Shown one piece after another: positions 25,297 to 36,918 of a stretch of 64,000 nucleotides of DNA; the stretch's first letter is position 1; each line of letters opens with the position of its first letter. A model generated the notes under the pieces. The model made no database searches and was not told the DNA's origin. It saw nothing but the letters and a program-made list of their open reading frames with translations. The translations under genes and the position numbers were made by a program. The DNA lies in NCBI GenBank assembly GCA_030390025.1, contig CM059433.1:17982001-18046000 (forward strand), given 5' to 3'. The DNA is from Squalus acanthias (Eukaryota).

Positions 25297-26975
25297 CGCC
25301 TAGAAATTGGTTTGCCCCTGAAAACGGGCGCGGGGATCACGATGTGCTAGCAACCCGCGCCTGTTCGGACAGCTGCAGGGAACACACGAACTTCGTGCTG
25401 CCTGCTGATTTACGTAATTGTAGCGTTCAGCCCAGCGCTGAACGTGTTGCTAAATGGCTGAACGCTCAGCAGGGGACCCAAGTTTGTGCAAGGCTAGCAC
25501 CAATTAAAGCTAGCCTGCACTTCTTAAAGGCAGTCTGCACCTATTAAACGGGAGGTGCATTCTGCCTGCAGATCATCATTCAACTGGATGAGGAAGACAG
25601 TGCAAAAAATCAATTAATTATGTCACAACAAGGAAGAGAGCATACATCAAGGTTCTCTGATACAGCAATGGAGGCCTTGGTGCAGGAGGTCAATAGGAGG
25701 AGAGAGGTCCTCTTTCCACAGGGGACCAGGAAGCCCTCCAGACAACAGACCAAAGTGCAGTGGGAGCAGATAGGCACTGTGGTGAATGCCAGCAGTGTAG
25801 CCCCGAGGACCTGGATGCAGTGCAGGAAGAGGTTTAATGACCTCACACGAGTGGTCAAGGTCAGTGAATTTATCTTCAAATGCCTCATCCCACCATCTGC
25901 ACCACTAGCCTCACACACTGCTCAATGCACCACACCCCCATCACTCATCTACCAACAATCTCTTCCAAGCACGACTCATATCTCGCATTGACTCACCTCA
26001 CCCTCACACATTTACCACTGCTGCAAGCCTCACACACACACGTCACAGCTTGCACACACTGGCAGCTACTCAACCATGACAGGCACATCACCCAAACACA
26101 TTGCATCAGAATTCACTGACACACCTCCCTTTCTCTTGCAGGAAAAGGTGGCGCCAGCGGAAACTAACCGGTGGGCGTCAGCCTCGCCTGCATCACCTCA
26201 CCCCGTTGGAGGAGACGGTGCTGGCCATTCTTGGGAGGGGCATGGCTGAGCCCATGGCCAGCGGCGAGGCTGAAAGAGTACAAGGTGTTGGTATCCTCAT
26301 ACGTTATCCTCCTTCTCGCATCCCACTTCCCCCTATCAATCTCTTCTGATTTATATCTGCACATGGTGTAAGCATGCACCTCTTGCTTTTCCCTACTTCC
26401 TTCACCACAACCCTAACCTTGTGCCTTTCTCATCTCAGATACCCAAGAAATCCAACCTGCCCAGCCAGTGGTTGTAGAAGAAGAGGAAGAGGAGAGTGAT
26501 GAAGAAGAAGAAACACCGTCACTCGATCTGACATGTCGCAGCCACCAGCTCAGATAGTGGCACTGTGCGGACTTTAGAGGGTAGCTTAGAGGTAGGATCT
26601 GTACGTGGTGAGTCACCAGGCACGAGCGGACTACAACCAGGGCAGGATAAAGGATAGCGCAGGTGCCAGCTCCCCTGAGAGTGAGGTCACACACAAGTTC
26701 TGCTGCAGAGGACTCAGATGAGGACTTTGATGGGGCAGCCTACAGAAGAACGCTGATGGGTATGCTCAACAAAATGCTTGGTGCATTGGCAGGCCTGCCA
26801 GAGAGCCTGCATGCAATGTCAAGGACCATGGAGTAAGGCCTCCTGCTGAGAGCCCTTCTCCCCCTCCTCCTTCCCCCTCTGCGAGCAGCTTGTCCTCTTC
26901 TTTGCTGCCTCTGCTCCATCTCCCTGTCATGCTGCGGACCTAACAACGAGCGCTACGCAATCGAATTTTTAGCCG
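25297..26975. mobile_element. Internally deleted Harbinger
   Basis: TIR CGCCTAGAAATTGGTTTGC vs rc CGGCTAAAAATTCGATTGC; Myb gene on +; only an Arg-rich, transposase-like N-terminus (…RRALSRRPY) on - at about 26830-26935. Confidence 0.8.
25620..26835 (+). pseudogene. Harbinger Myb/SANT-like gene, 3 exons, truncated
   Basis: Exon 1 FSDTAMEALVQEV...WEQIG...RTWMQCRKRFNDLTRVVK|gtcagt; exon 2 from about 26142 (TGGRQP..LTPLEETVL); acidic exon 3 from about 26439. Confidence 0.83.
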
Positions 26976-27124
26976 TATATGTCATTTGATAAAAGAAGCA
27001 ATCACACTGGTTGAATTATAACTATTTTGAAGTGCATCCTTCTGAACTGAACTGTATTGTTATGACTTAGGGGTTCTCAACATGAACATCTGTCAAAGTC
27101 TGAGCTCCAGAAGTGCCAGTGCAT

Positions 27125-27930
27125 GAAACAAGTGAAGATCCCAGGGCACTATTTCGAAGAAGAGCAGAGGAGTTATCCCCGGTGTCCTGGCCAATATTTA
27201 TCCCTCAATCAACATCACAAAAAAAAACAGATTATCTGGTCATTATCACATTGCTGTTTGTGGGAGCTTGCTGTGCGCAAATTGGCTGCCACGATTCCTA
27301 CATTACATAAGAACATAAGAAACAGGAGCAGGAGTAGGCCAATCGGCCCCTCAAGCCTGCTCCGCCATTCAATAAGATCATGGCTGATCCAATCTTGATC
27401 TCAACACCACTTTCCCGCTCTCTCCCCATACCCCTTGACTCCCTTGTAGTTCAAATGTCTGTCAATCTCCGCCTTGAATATATTCAATGACTCCTCCTCC
27501 ACAGCTCTCTGGGGTAGAGAATTCCAAAGATTCACAACCCTCTGAGAGAAGAAATTCCTCCTCATCTCCATCTTAATTGGGCGACCCCTTATTCTGAAAC
27601 TATGCCCCCTAGTTCTAGATACCCCCACTAGGGGAAACATCCTCTCAGCATCTACCCTGTCCAACCCCCTCAGAATCTTATATGTTTCAATAAGATCACC
27701 TCTCATTCTTCTAAACTCCAATGAGTATAGGCCCAACCTGCTCAACCTTTCATCACACGTCAACCCCTTCATCCCAGGAATCAACCTAGTGAACCTTCTC
27801 TGCACTGCCTCTAATGCAAGTCTACAACAGTCACTACATTTTTTTAAAGTACTTCATTGGCTGTAAAGCGTTTTGGGATGTCCGGTGGTCATGAAAGGTG
27901 CTATATAAATGCAAGTTTTTCTTTTCTTTT
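27125..27930 (+). mobile_element. Deu-SINE fragment split by a CR1
   Basis: SINE core resumes after the insert (cctacattaca | tacaacagtcactaca); ends gctatataaatgcaagt plus T-rich tail. Confidence 0.75.
27308..27822 (-). mobile_element. CR1 family A 3' end
   Basis: [13 protein letters not shown]...WNSLPQRAVE; short TACA duplication at the junctions. Confidence 0.92.
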
Positions 27931-28664
27931 TTCAGCAAGGCTCCTTCAGGCTGGTTGACCCAAGGCACAGTCCTCTCTAGCTGAGCATTAGTCAGGATCG
28001 AGCGCTTCATTTTCCATTCATGTTCACTCAGCACTGATTTTGACGTGTAAGCATTCTGATCATGCATGCATCTAGGTAAAACTTTAGATTACAGAAACGC
28101 ACAGAGGATTGTCAATAAAATTAATGAGCCTGCAATCACGTTGAGTTGGAGTGGTGGGAGATCAAAGTGTAAATTGAGGGAGGCACATGAAAGTTGTTTG
28201 AGCGTCACTCTCTCGGGGCCAGATTAACAAGGTAAAAGTGTGTTATTTAGGTTTAACATGCTTTAACGCCTTTTCTTGGAAGAATTTTCCACAGCTTTTT
28301 AGAAACACCAGTCTGTATAATGATGTGAATGAACAATTTAGTGATGGCACCCTGTTACACGCTGATCATTTCTTTTTTTACTTTGATCGAACAACAACAA
28401 GTTTATTTAAAATACATTGCAAAAGTTCACAGTGCAGCAGAGATATCTTCCCAAATCGCACTTTTCATAATTGGCTACATAGCAGAATTCTGCATAAGTT
28501 CTCGGTCCAAATTGCCACAGGCTATTTCATGAATTTAGCCTTCCCGAGGAAAAAAAATCCCCATTATGACAAGATAACAACTTGAAGAGAATAAAAAATG
28601 AAAAGAAAAACTGATTTTAATTTAGATCCATTGGACTTTGTGCCCATTAGTGCTAACCATTTAA

Positions 28665-29680
28665 TTTTTTATTATCCATTCATGAGATGTGGGCGTTGCT
28701 GGCAAGGCCAGCATTTATTGCCCATCCCTAATTGCCCTTGAGAAGATGGTGGTGAGCCACCTTCTTGAACCGCTGCAGTCCGTGTGGTGAAGGTACTCCC
28801 ATAGTGCTGTTAGGGAGGGAGTTCCAGGATTTTGACCCAGCGACGATGAAGGATCGGCGATATACTTCCAAGTCAGGATGGTGTGTGACTTGGAGGGGAA
28901 CTTGCAGGTGGTGGTGTTCCCATGTGCCTGCTGCCCTTGTCCTTCTAGATGGAAGAGGTCGCGGGTTTGGGAGGTGCTGCCAAAGAAGCCTTGGCGAGTG
29001 CATCTTGTAGATGGTGCACAATACATCCACGGTGCACGGAGGAGTGAATGTTTAAGGTGGTGGATGGGGCGCCAATCAAGCGGGCTGCTTTGTCCTGGAT
29101 GGTGTCGAGCATCTTGAGTGTTGTTGTAGCTGCACTCATCCAGGCGAGTGTCGAGTATGCTATCACACTCCTGACTTGTGCCTTGTAGATGGTGGAAAGT
29201 CTTTGGGGAGTCAGGAGGTGAGTCACTTGCAAAAGAATACCAAGTCTTTGACCTGCTCTTGTTGCCACAGTATTTATGTGGCTGGTCCAGTTAAGGTTCT
29301 GGTTAGTGGTGACCCCAGGATGTTGATGGTGAGGGATTCGGCGATAGTAATCCCATTGAATGTGGCTAGACTCTCTCTTGTTGGAGATGGTCATTGTCTG
29401 GCACTTGTGTGGCGCGAATGTTACTTGTTACTTATCAGCCCAAGCATGAATGTTGTCCAGGTCTTGCTGCCTGTGAGCACGGACTGCTTCATTTTCTGAG
29501 GAGTTGTGAATGGAACTGAACACTGTGCAATCATCACCAAACATCCCCATTTCTGACCTTGTGTTGGAGGGAAGGTCATTGATGAAGCAGCTGAAGATGG
29601 TTGGGCCTAGGACACTGCCCTGAGGAACTCCTGCAATGATGTCCTGGGGCTGAGATGATTGGCCTCCACAACCACAGCAG
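28665..29680 (-). mobile_element. CR1-group family B fragment
   Basis: YKAQVRSV, LDTIQDKAARLIG, and tail shared with 4908-5275. Confidence 0.9.
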
Positions 29681-29699
29681 ACACATTCATTATTATTAC

Positions 29700-32600
29700 A
29701 TAAAAGAACTTAAAAAGGACAAGGAAAGGCCAATATGCTCATTGAGCTCATTCCTGTAATACTCCAATGCACCCATCTTAGCATTCAACTGCATTTTATA
29801 GTTTCCCCAAATGTTTTTGACTCCACTAACTTACCTGATAGATTATTCCACCTTTGGAATCTTTTCTAAGATCAGTTTTAAATTTACTTTTCACTAATTT
29901 AAATTTATACCTTGAAGTAATATTTTGGGTGGACCTTATCTATGCTAGTAAATATTTTGTCCACCTCGATGAGGTCTCTCTTAGCCGCCTTCTCTCTAGA
30001 CTGCACAGGTTAAGTTTCTCGAGTCTTATCCATAGTTCGCTGCTGTAGCATTCAGGATTATTCTTATTGCTTTACTGTATACCATCTTCAATGCATGTAT
30101 GTTTGTTTTGAAGTGTCGTTACCAGAATTGTACACAATACTCCATAAATAGTTTGACCAGTACATTATAAAGCCTCTGCATAATCTCTATAGGCTTGTAC
30201 TGTTCTGGTTATATATCCTAACATTCTACTTGTCTTTTAATTTGCTCTTCCACTGTTTTGTCATTGAACGTGACAAGTCTACTGTCACCCTCCAACTCCC
30301 TTTCAAAGTTACTCGGTTCTAAATTTCTTCCTAGTTTCACATTTCCTCCTTATTTCTTTATTGTATGCCTCCGTTTATCAACAAACAGTAAGATTAAGCA
30401 TATCCAATCAACCTATTACAATATCACAAAATCAACACAGATGAGAAAGGCAGTTAACTCATCCATGCAGGATGAAGAAAAACTTCAATATCCCCATCAC
30501 ATCATCTAACGGTCTCTAGAATGAGTTTTGCCTTCACTCTCCTATCTAGAAAATAACTCTTAAGTTTGCTGGAAGAAGCTTTTCCTGACATCCTTTCTAA
30601 CCTATGGCCCCTTGTTCTAATAGCCTGGCTTATCCTGACGAGTTCTGTATTTACCTGACCTGTGCTGATTAAATCACCCTGGCTAGAATTCTTCCTTCAT
30701 GTTTTGGTGACCAAAACTCAACACAGGTGCTGTCTGAGCAAGGCACTGTACAGTTTTGGCATAATATCTTCTGACTTATACTCAACTAACGTAGCGATAT
30801 AAGGTAACATTCTATTCACTTTGTTGCCCCTTGACGTGATTTGACAGGCTAAGTATCAAAGTATTATCAGCCCAGATCCTTTTCCACTTTACCTTCATGT
30901 ATTTCTGCGCCATCCATAAGATACTTGTGACATCAATTTTCCTTCCAAGGTGCACTTCTATAATTGAATTTCATCTGCCACGGATTTGCCCATTTATGGA
31001 TTTTATATAACTCCTTTTGACGGTCCTTGGCTGCTGCTTCTGACTCCACTGTCCCTCCTAGTTTAATATTATCTGTAAATTTGACCAGTTCGCTTTGGGT
31101 CTCTTGATTTAAGTCATCACTATAGATAAAGGGCACTCATCTCCATACAGACCCCCTTCCCACAACCCAGACATCACTCCCCTAACGAGCACCTCTTGCT
31201 TTCTCTCCTTCTGCCCATTGCTTATCCACGCCCAGGTTTTACCTTGGAAAAAGAAAGAACTTGCATTTATATAGCGCTTTTCACAACCTCAGGATGTCCC
31301 AAAGTGCTTCACAGCCAATGACATACTTTTGAAGTTGTGGTCACTGTCGTAATGCAGGAAACACGGTAACCAATTTGCGCACAGCAAGGTCCCACAATTT
31401 TTTTTTTTTAGTGCTATTGGTTGAGGGACAAATATTGGCCACGACACCAGGGAAAACTCTTTGAATAGTGCCACGGGATCTGTTACGTCCACCTGAGAGA
31501 GCAGATGGAGGTTTAACATCTCATCTGAAAGATGGCACCTCCAACAGTACATGAATCCTTCAGTACTGCGCTGCAGTGTCAGCCTGGATTATGTGCTCAA
31601 GTCTCTGGAGTTGAATGCACAACCTTCCTACTCAGAGGTGAGAGTGCTACCAACTGAGCCGAGCCTGACACACAATACCCACTACTTTCAGTTTCAGTAA
31701 CCGTCTTTCCTAAGGAACCTTATCAAAGGCTTTTTGGAAATCCAAATGTATCAAGTCATATTGTTTTTCATTGTTCATTTAGGATGTCACTTCTTCAAAA
31801 AGTCAAGGAGGTTAGTCAGACAAGATCTTCCTCGTCTAAAGCCAGTTGACTGCTATTTTCCAGATTATTATCAGATGAGTCCTCAGATTTTCTCCTGATA
31901 ATTGATTATATTATTTTACCATATCTTATTGTTAAAGAGATGGGCCTACAGTTGCTCAGATTAGATTTGTCCCCTTTCTTGAATATGGGAGCTCGGTTAG
32001 CTTGTTTCCCATCTAATGGTACCTCCCCAACAATCAGTGACTCCACCACATTGACTATCAGCACTTCATAGATTTCATCCCTGGTTTCTCTGGATAGATA
32101 CCATCTTGTCCCTAGGAATTTGTTCATCTTGAGACCTTTAAGTCTGCTGAGAACCTTCGACTTGTTGAGGTCAAGGTCCGTAGATCTGAATGAATTATTT
32201 CTGTTAACACAAGGCATGGTACTAGTTAAAACTGCAAGGTCATATTCATTGCGTACACTAACTATTCTCTGCTCATCATCAGTTTCATCCCTATTGGCAT
32301 CCATTAAAGTTCACAACTCCTCCTTGACTATACTCTTGCTATTATAGAACTGAAAGAATTTCTTGTTGTTGTGGGTATTATCAGTTCCCACTTTGCTCCT
32401 ATGATCAACCTTTTGACATGATTCTAAAGTTTCCTGTAATCCTCTGCAGAATTTGTAAAGTTCATTTTTTCTTTCTTATTTTATTACTGATGGTTTTGAT
32501 CCTTGTAGAGTTTTTTTTTCGTCTTAGGTATGTATTTATTCCGCATGTTCCACATTACGCCTTTGAAGTTATTCCAGTTATCCTCTACTGAGAGGTTAAT

Positions 32601-33000
32601 AAATAATTTCCCCTAGTCAATCTGTTTAGCTTTTCCTTTATGGTTGGCATTTTTCTAAATGTATAACTGGATATTGATTCTTGGCAATGTTGAATCTTAA
32701 GTCTTATCAAACCAAATCATGTTGTGGCAACTTTCACCCAGAGGTTATATGAGTTGCATTTTACATATGCTGTTCGGGTCACTTACCGTACAGCTTCTTG
32801 TGATTTTCCTCACACACTGGGTCATGAAGTAATCATGAATTACATTTGCCAATTCTGACTTAGTCGCTTGGGCATTTCCAACTTATAATTGATTCATTGA
32901 AATCCCATGTATATAAGCTTCCTATTTTCATATGACCTCCTTATCTCTTCATAAGATATTCTGTCCTCCCTCTTCTTCTGAGCTGGCAGTCTGGAGCAAA
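29700..33000 (-). mobile_element. Highly decayed CR1 LINE remnants
   Basis: Patchy KWANPWQMKFN, PIFKKGDKSNLSNCRPISLT; boundaries approximate. Confidence 0.7.
31250..31672 (-). mobile_element. Deu-SINE nested in old CR1
   Basis: Colinear with other Deu-SINE copies. Confidence 0.8.
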
Positions 33001-33444
33001 ACCTCTAAGGAGCAACATTTCTGGATTGGGGGAGGGCAGAAAAGGTGAGTTTCTTTGGAAGGAGGTCATGAATTTGGGTTTGCACCCCAATTTTACTCCA
33101 TCCCAAATCTTGGTCTAGGAGGAGGGCTAGTCCTCCACTTCTACCCCTTCCAGCTGCTAGAGACTTTGCATGTCTGGAGTCATTCCCTTGCTAACATGAC
33201 TATTCTCGGCCCAGTAGCACCACCAGCTGAGAGCTGACATAGGTCTCGTATTGAGCCTTAAGAAGGTCCCAAGACTACCCAACAAAAAGGTAATCAAGCC
33301 AACAAGGGATCAATTATTTTTAAAAAGATGGCCACTTTTCTCCCTAATGAACAGAAGAAAATTAGCTGCCACATTTCTTCAGGCTTTGGGGCCAACCTAT
33401 AAGAGCAACTGTTGTATTGTACAGGCACAGGTGACCCACCTGAT

Positions 33445-34485
33445 TTTTTTTTTATTCGTTCAAGGGATGTGGGCGTCGCTGGCGAGGCCAGCATTTATTG
33501 CCCATCCCTAGTTACCCTTGAGAAGGTGGTGGTGAACCGCCTTCTTGAACCACTGTAGTCCGTGTGCTGTTAGGGAGGGAGTTCCAGGATTTTGACCCAG
33601 CGACGATGGGGGAACAGCGATATATTTCCAAGTCAGGATGATGTGTGACTTGGAGGGGAACTTGGAGGTGGTGGTGTTCCCATGCACCTGCTGCCCTTGT
33701 CCTTCTAGATGGTAGAGGTCGCGGGTTTCGGAGGTGCTGCCGAAGAAGCCTTGGCGAGTTGCTGCAGTGCATCTTGTAGATGGTACACACTGCAGAAACG
33801 GTACGCCGGTGGTGGAGGGAGTGAATGTTTAAGGTGGTGGATGGGGTGCCAATCAAGCAGGCTGCTTTGTCTTGGATGGTGTCGAGCTTCTTGAGTGTTG
33901 TTGGAGCTGCACTCATCCAGGCAAGTGGAGAGTATTCCATCACACTCCTGACTTGTGCCTTGTAGATGGTGGAAAGGCTTTGGGGAGTCAGAGGCTGAGA
34001 CACTCGGCGCAGAATACGCAGCCTCTGACCTGCTCTTGTTGCCACAGTATTTATGTGGCTGGTCCAGTTAAGTTTCTGGTTAGTGATGACTCCCAGGACA
34101 TTGATGGTGGGGGATTCGGCGATGGTAATGCCGTTGAATGTCATGGGGCAGTGGTTAGACGCTCGCTTGTTGGAGATAGTCATTGCCTGGCACTTCTGTG
34201 GCGTGAATGTTACCTGCCACTTATCAGCCCAAGCCTGAATGTTGTCCAGGTCTTGCTGCATGCGGGCATGGACTGCTTCATTATCTGAGGAGTTGCAAAT
34301 GGCACTGAACACTGTGCGAACATTCCAACTTCTGACCTTATGATGGAGAGAGGTTCATTGATAAAGCAGCTGAAGATGGTTGGGCCTAGGACACTGCCCT
34401 GAGGAACTCCTGCAACGATGTCCTGGGGCTGTGATGATTGACCTCCAAACACCACAACCATCTTCCTTTGTGCTCGGTATGACTA
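33445..34485 (-). mobile_element. CR1-group family B fragment
   Basis: [10 protein letters not shown]; 266-aa ORF QQDLDNIQAWADKWQVTF... Confidence 0.92.
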
Positions 34486-34922
34486 TGATTATGGAAATAA
34501 GAATATGTCCGATGATCTGGGACAGAATCAATGTCTTAGGATGCAGGCGGCTCAGAGTCCTGCTCCGTTGCATTCCTACCAATGGAGCACGGACCTGGAA
34601 TTTCAAGGTCCTGGTGTTATTTTAGCTCTTTGTATAAGAAACCTCTGCCCAGCATATTTCACTGTGTAGTTTTCCCCTTTCCACAAGGTCTACTTTACTT
34701 CTCAAGTGTATCCAACATACATCCAGTCTTCTCCTATTGATTCTATTCTTCCTCAACATTCTGTACCCTACTATGTAGTATTCATCTCCATCTACTGGGG
34801 TAACCCATATTTCTGTTCCTTCTAAATCATAGTTCCACAATGCTAAAATAGGCTATAGTTTTGCCATTTTGTTATTAATGCTTCTAGCATTATGTACATG
34901 CACTTTCTTCTTCCTTGTTCCT

Positions 34923-35200
34923 TAGAATTACCACCCCTCCAGGATTGTCCTGGTGTCTCCAGAAATTAAAGATTAATCTACTAGACACGGCTGCGAGCAT
35001 CCCAGGAGAAAAATCATACAGGCATTAAAAAAAAAAAATTGTGTGGTTTTTCATTTTTTTTGAACACTTTTGTTTATTATTCATAAAAATATTGAAGATG
35101 GGGAGAAAAGTTGTTTGACAGGGCAGGGCAGGGCGATTGGAGGTGGAAGGTTATGCAATGAAACCTCCAGGAATACGTCCAATCAGAGTTGGCAACCCTA
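34923..35200. mobile_element. hAT-type MITE
   Basis: Ends TAGAATTACCA / TGGCAACCCTA (TAGGGTTGCCA-type); 8-bp TSD TTGTTCCT / TTGTTCCA. Confidence 0.75.
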
Positions 35201-35250
35201 TTGTTCCATCTGCACCTAACTGTTGCTGAAAGCGGGATCTATTATTTCTC

Positions 35251-35400
35251 TATTAGCTCTGAGAGAAGGTTTTATACCTGAAACGTCAGCTGTCTCGTGT
35301 TTTCTCAACGGATAACGGATGCTGCCTGATCTGATGAGCATCTGTAGTGTTTTATTTTTTTATTTCAGATATCCAGCATCTGCAGAATTTTGCTTTTTGT
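35251..35400 (+). mobile_element. Solo Penelope-like pLTR fragment
   Basis: Similar to 63135-63240; 13-bp direct repeat TCTATTATTTCTC at 35238-35250 and 35401-35413. Confidence 0.75.
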
Positions 35401-36918
35401 TCTATTATTTCTCACTGAGTTCCACTCTCTATCCATCTCATATTGGATCCAGTTACTTCCCTACCCTCCCTAACCCATCTAGTTGATAGATAGATAGATA
35501 GACCGACAGATAGACACCTCAGACCAATGTCCCATTCAAAAGATGATATCAACAACAATGCAGTTACTCCCTTAGTACTGCACTGAAATGTCTAGTAGTA
35601 CCTGAACGTACAACCTTCTGACTCAGAGGCAAGAGTGTTACCAACTGAGCGAAGCTGCCTAAGTGTCAGGTTGGCTCTGTTGAAAAAATGGTTTACAATC
35701 ACTGCCTCTATGTCCCTCTCATCCATAGATTGTGTTGTGCTGAAAACAGTCCCATTTATTTATGAAGATGGCAGCATTGTCGCTACGCCAGTTGATCAGG
35801 CATTCATTTACCAAACATCGGAACTATGCTTGAAAACATTATTTGATGTCCCATATTTTTAAGTTCCAGGCAATCCTCTGCCATTGGCCATGCTCCTATT
35901 CCCTTCAGTAGTCTTTCTATCATTTCTTCAATGTGCACAGCTCTAGTTCCAGCTAGGCACCTTGCCATCCTCAAGGTTTTTATCTTTGTGACACACATGG
36001 TAATCCGTTTTTCTTAGCAGCTAATCCACGACAACTATTATTTCCCTGTCTCACAATCTGCTCCCTTGTTTCACCCTTTTTCTCTTGATTTCCTGCCAAT
36101 CTCTTTCTCTACGCCCGGAGGTATGGTCAGAGTGAGGGCCAGACTCTGATTCATGGCAGTAACTTCTTAAGCAACCTTTTTGACCTTTTGTCTTCTCCCT
36201 TCAACTTTGACCCATTCAATGTCCCAACTGTTGAAGGAAATAAAAATATCAGGCTTTTCCTCTTCACTGACTCTTCACAGGACTCATCTACCGAAGCCAG
36301 TACTGTACTACTCATACATCTTTTAAAATTTCCACACATTAACTTGCCCTCTGTATCCTTTTCTCCAGGTTCATAACATTTCCTAATCAGTGGATATTTA
36401 TCATAAGTGTTCTCTTATTTCTTCTACCTGTCTTCATCAAACGCATCAAAAGCACTGTACTGTGTTGTCAACGTGAACGATATGTGTGGGAGACTCAGTG
36501 CAGTAACAATTGAATAGCAGCAGAATTAACAACTGCAGCCCTGACTCCGTTCAGCAAAAACACCAAACATACAGGGCAGGATGAATGATCTGTTATTGTT
36601 ATTGTTCCAATGAGGCATTCTGTTATTCTCTTAAATTATACAGTTCCACTCCCCTGAAAGCTGAGTGAATTTGTCCAGTGAGTAAGCAACCCATACAGAT
36701 AACAAGGCCCATGTTTGATCTCAATTTGTACTGAGTTAGTTGATCCCAGGAAAGCAGTGTTAGGACTCAGTACCCCTGGAGGACAAAAGCAACCATTATT
36801 GTCTCTCCCACTCCTGTTGGCAGTGTACTTGCGTGGACATTAGGTGTGGACAGAATTGAGCTTGGCTGCCACCAATGATGCCCTCTGCATTTGAATGCCC
36901 TCCAGCCACTCCTTATTT

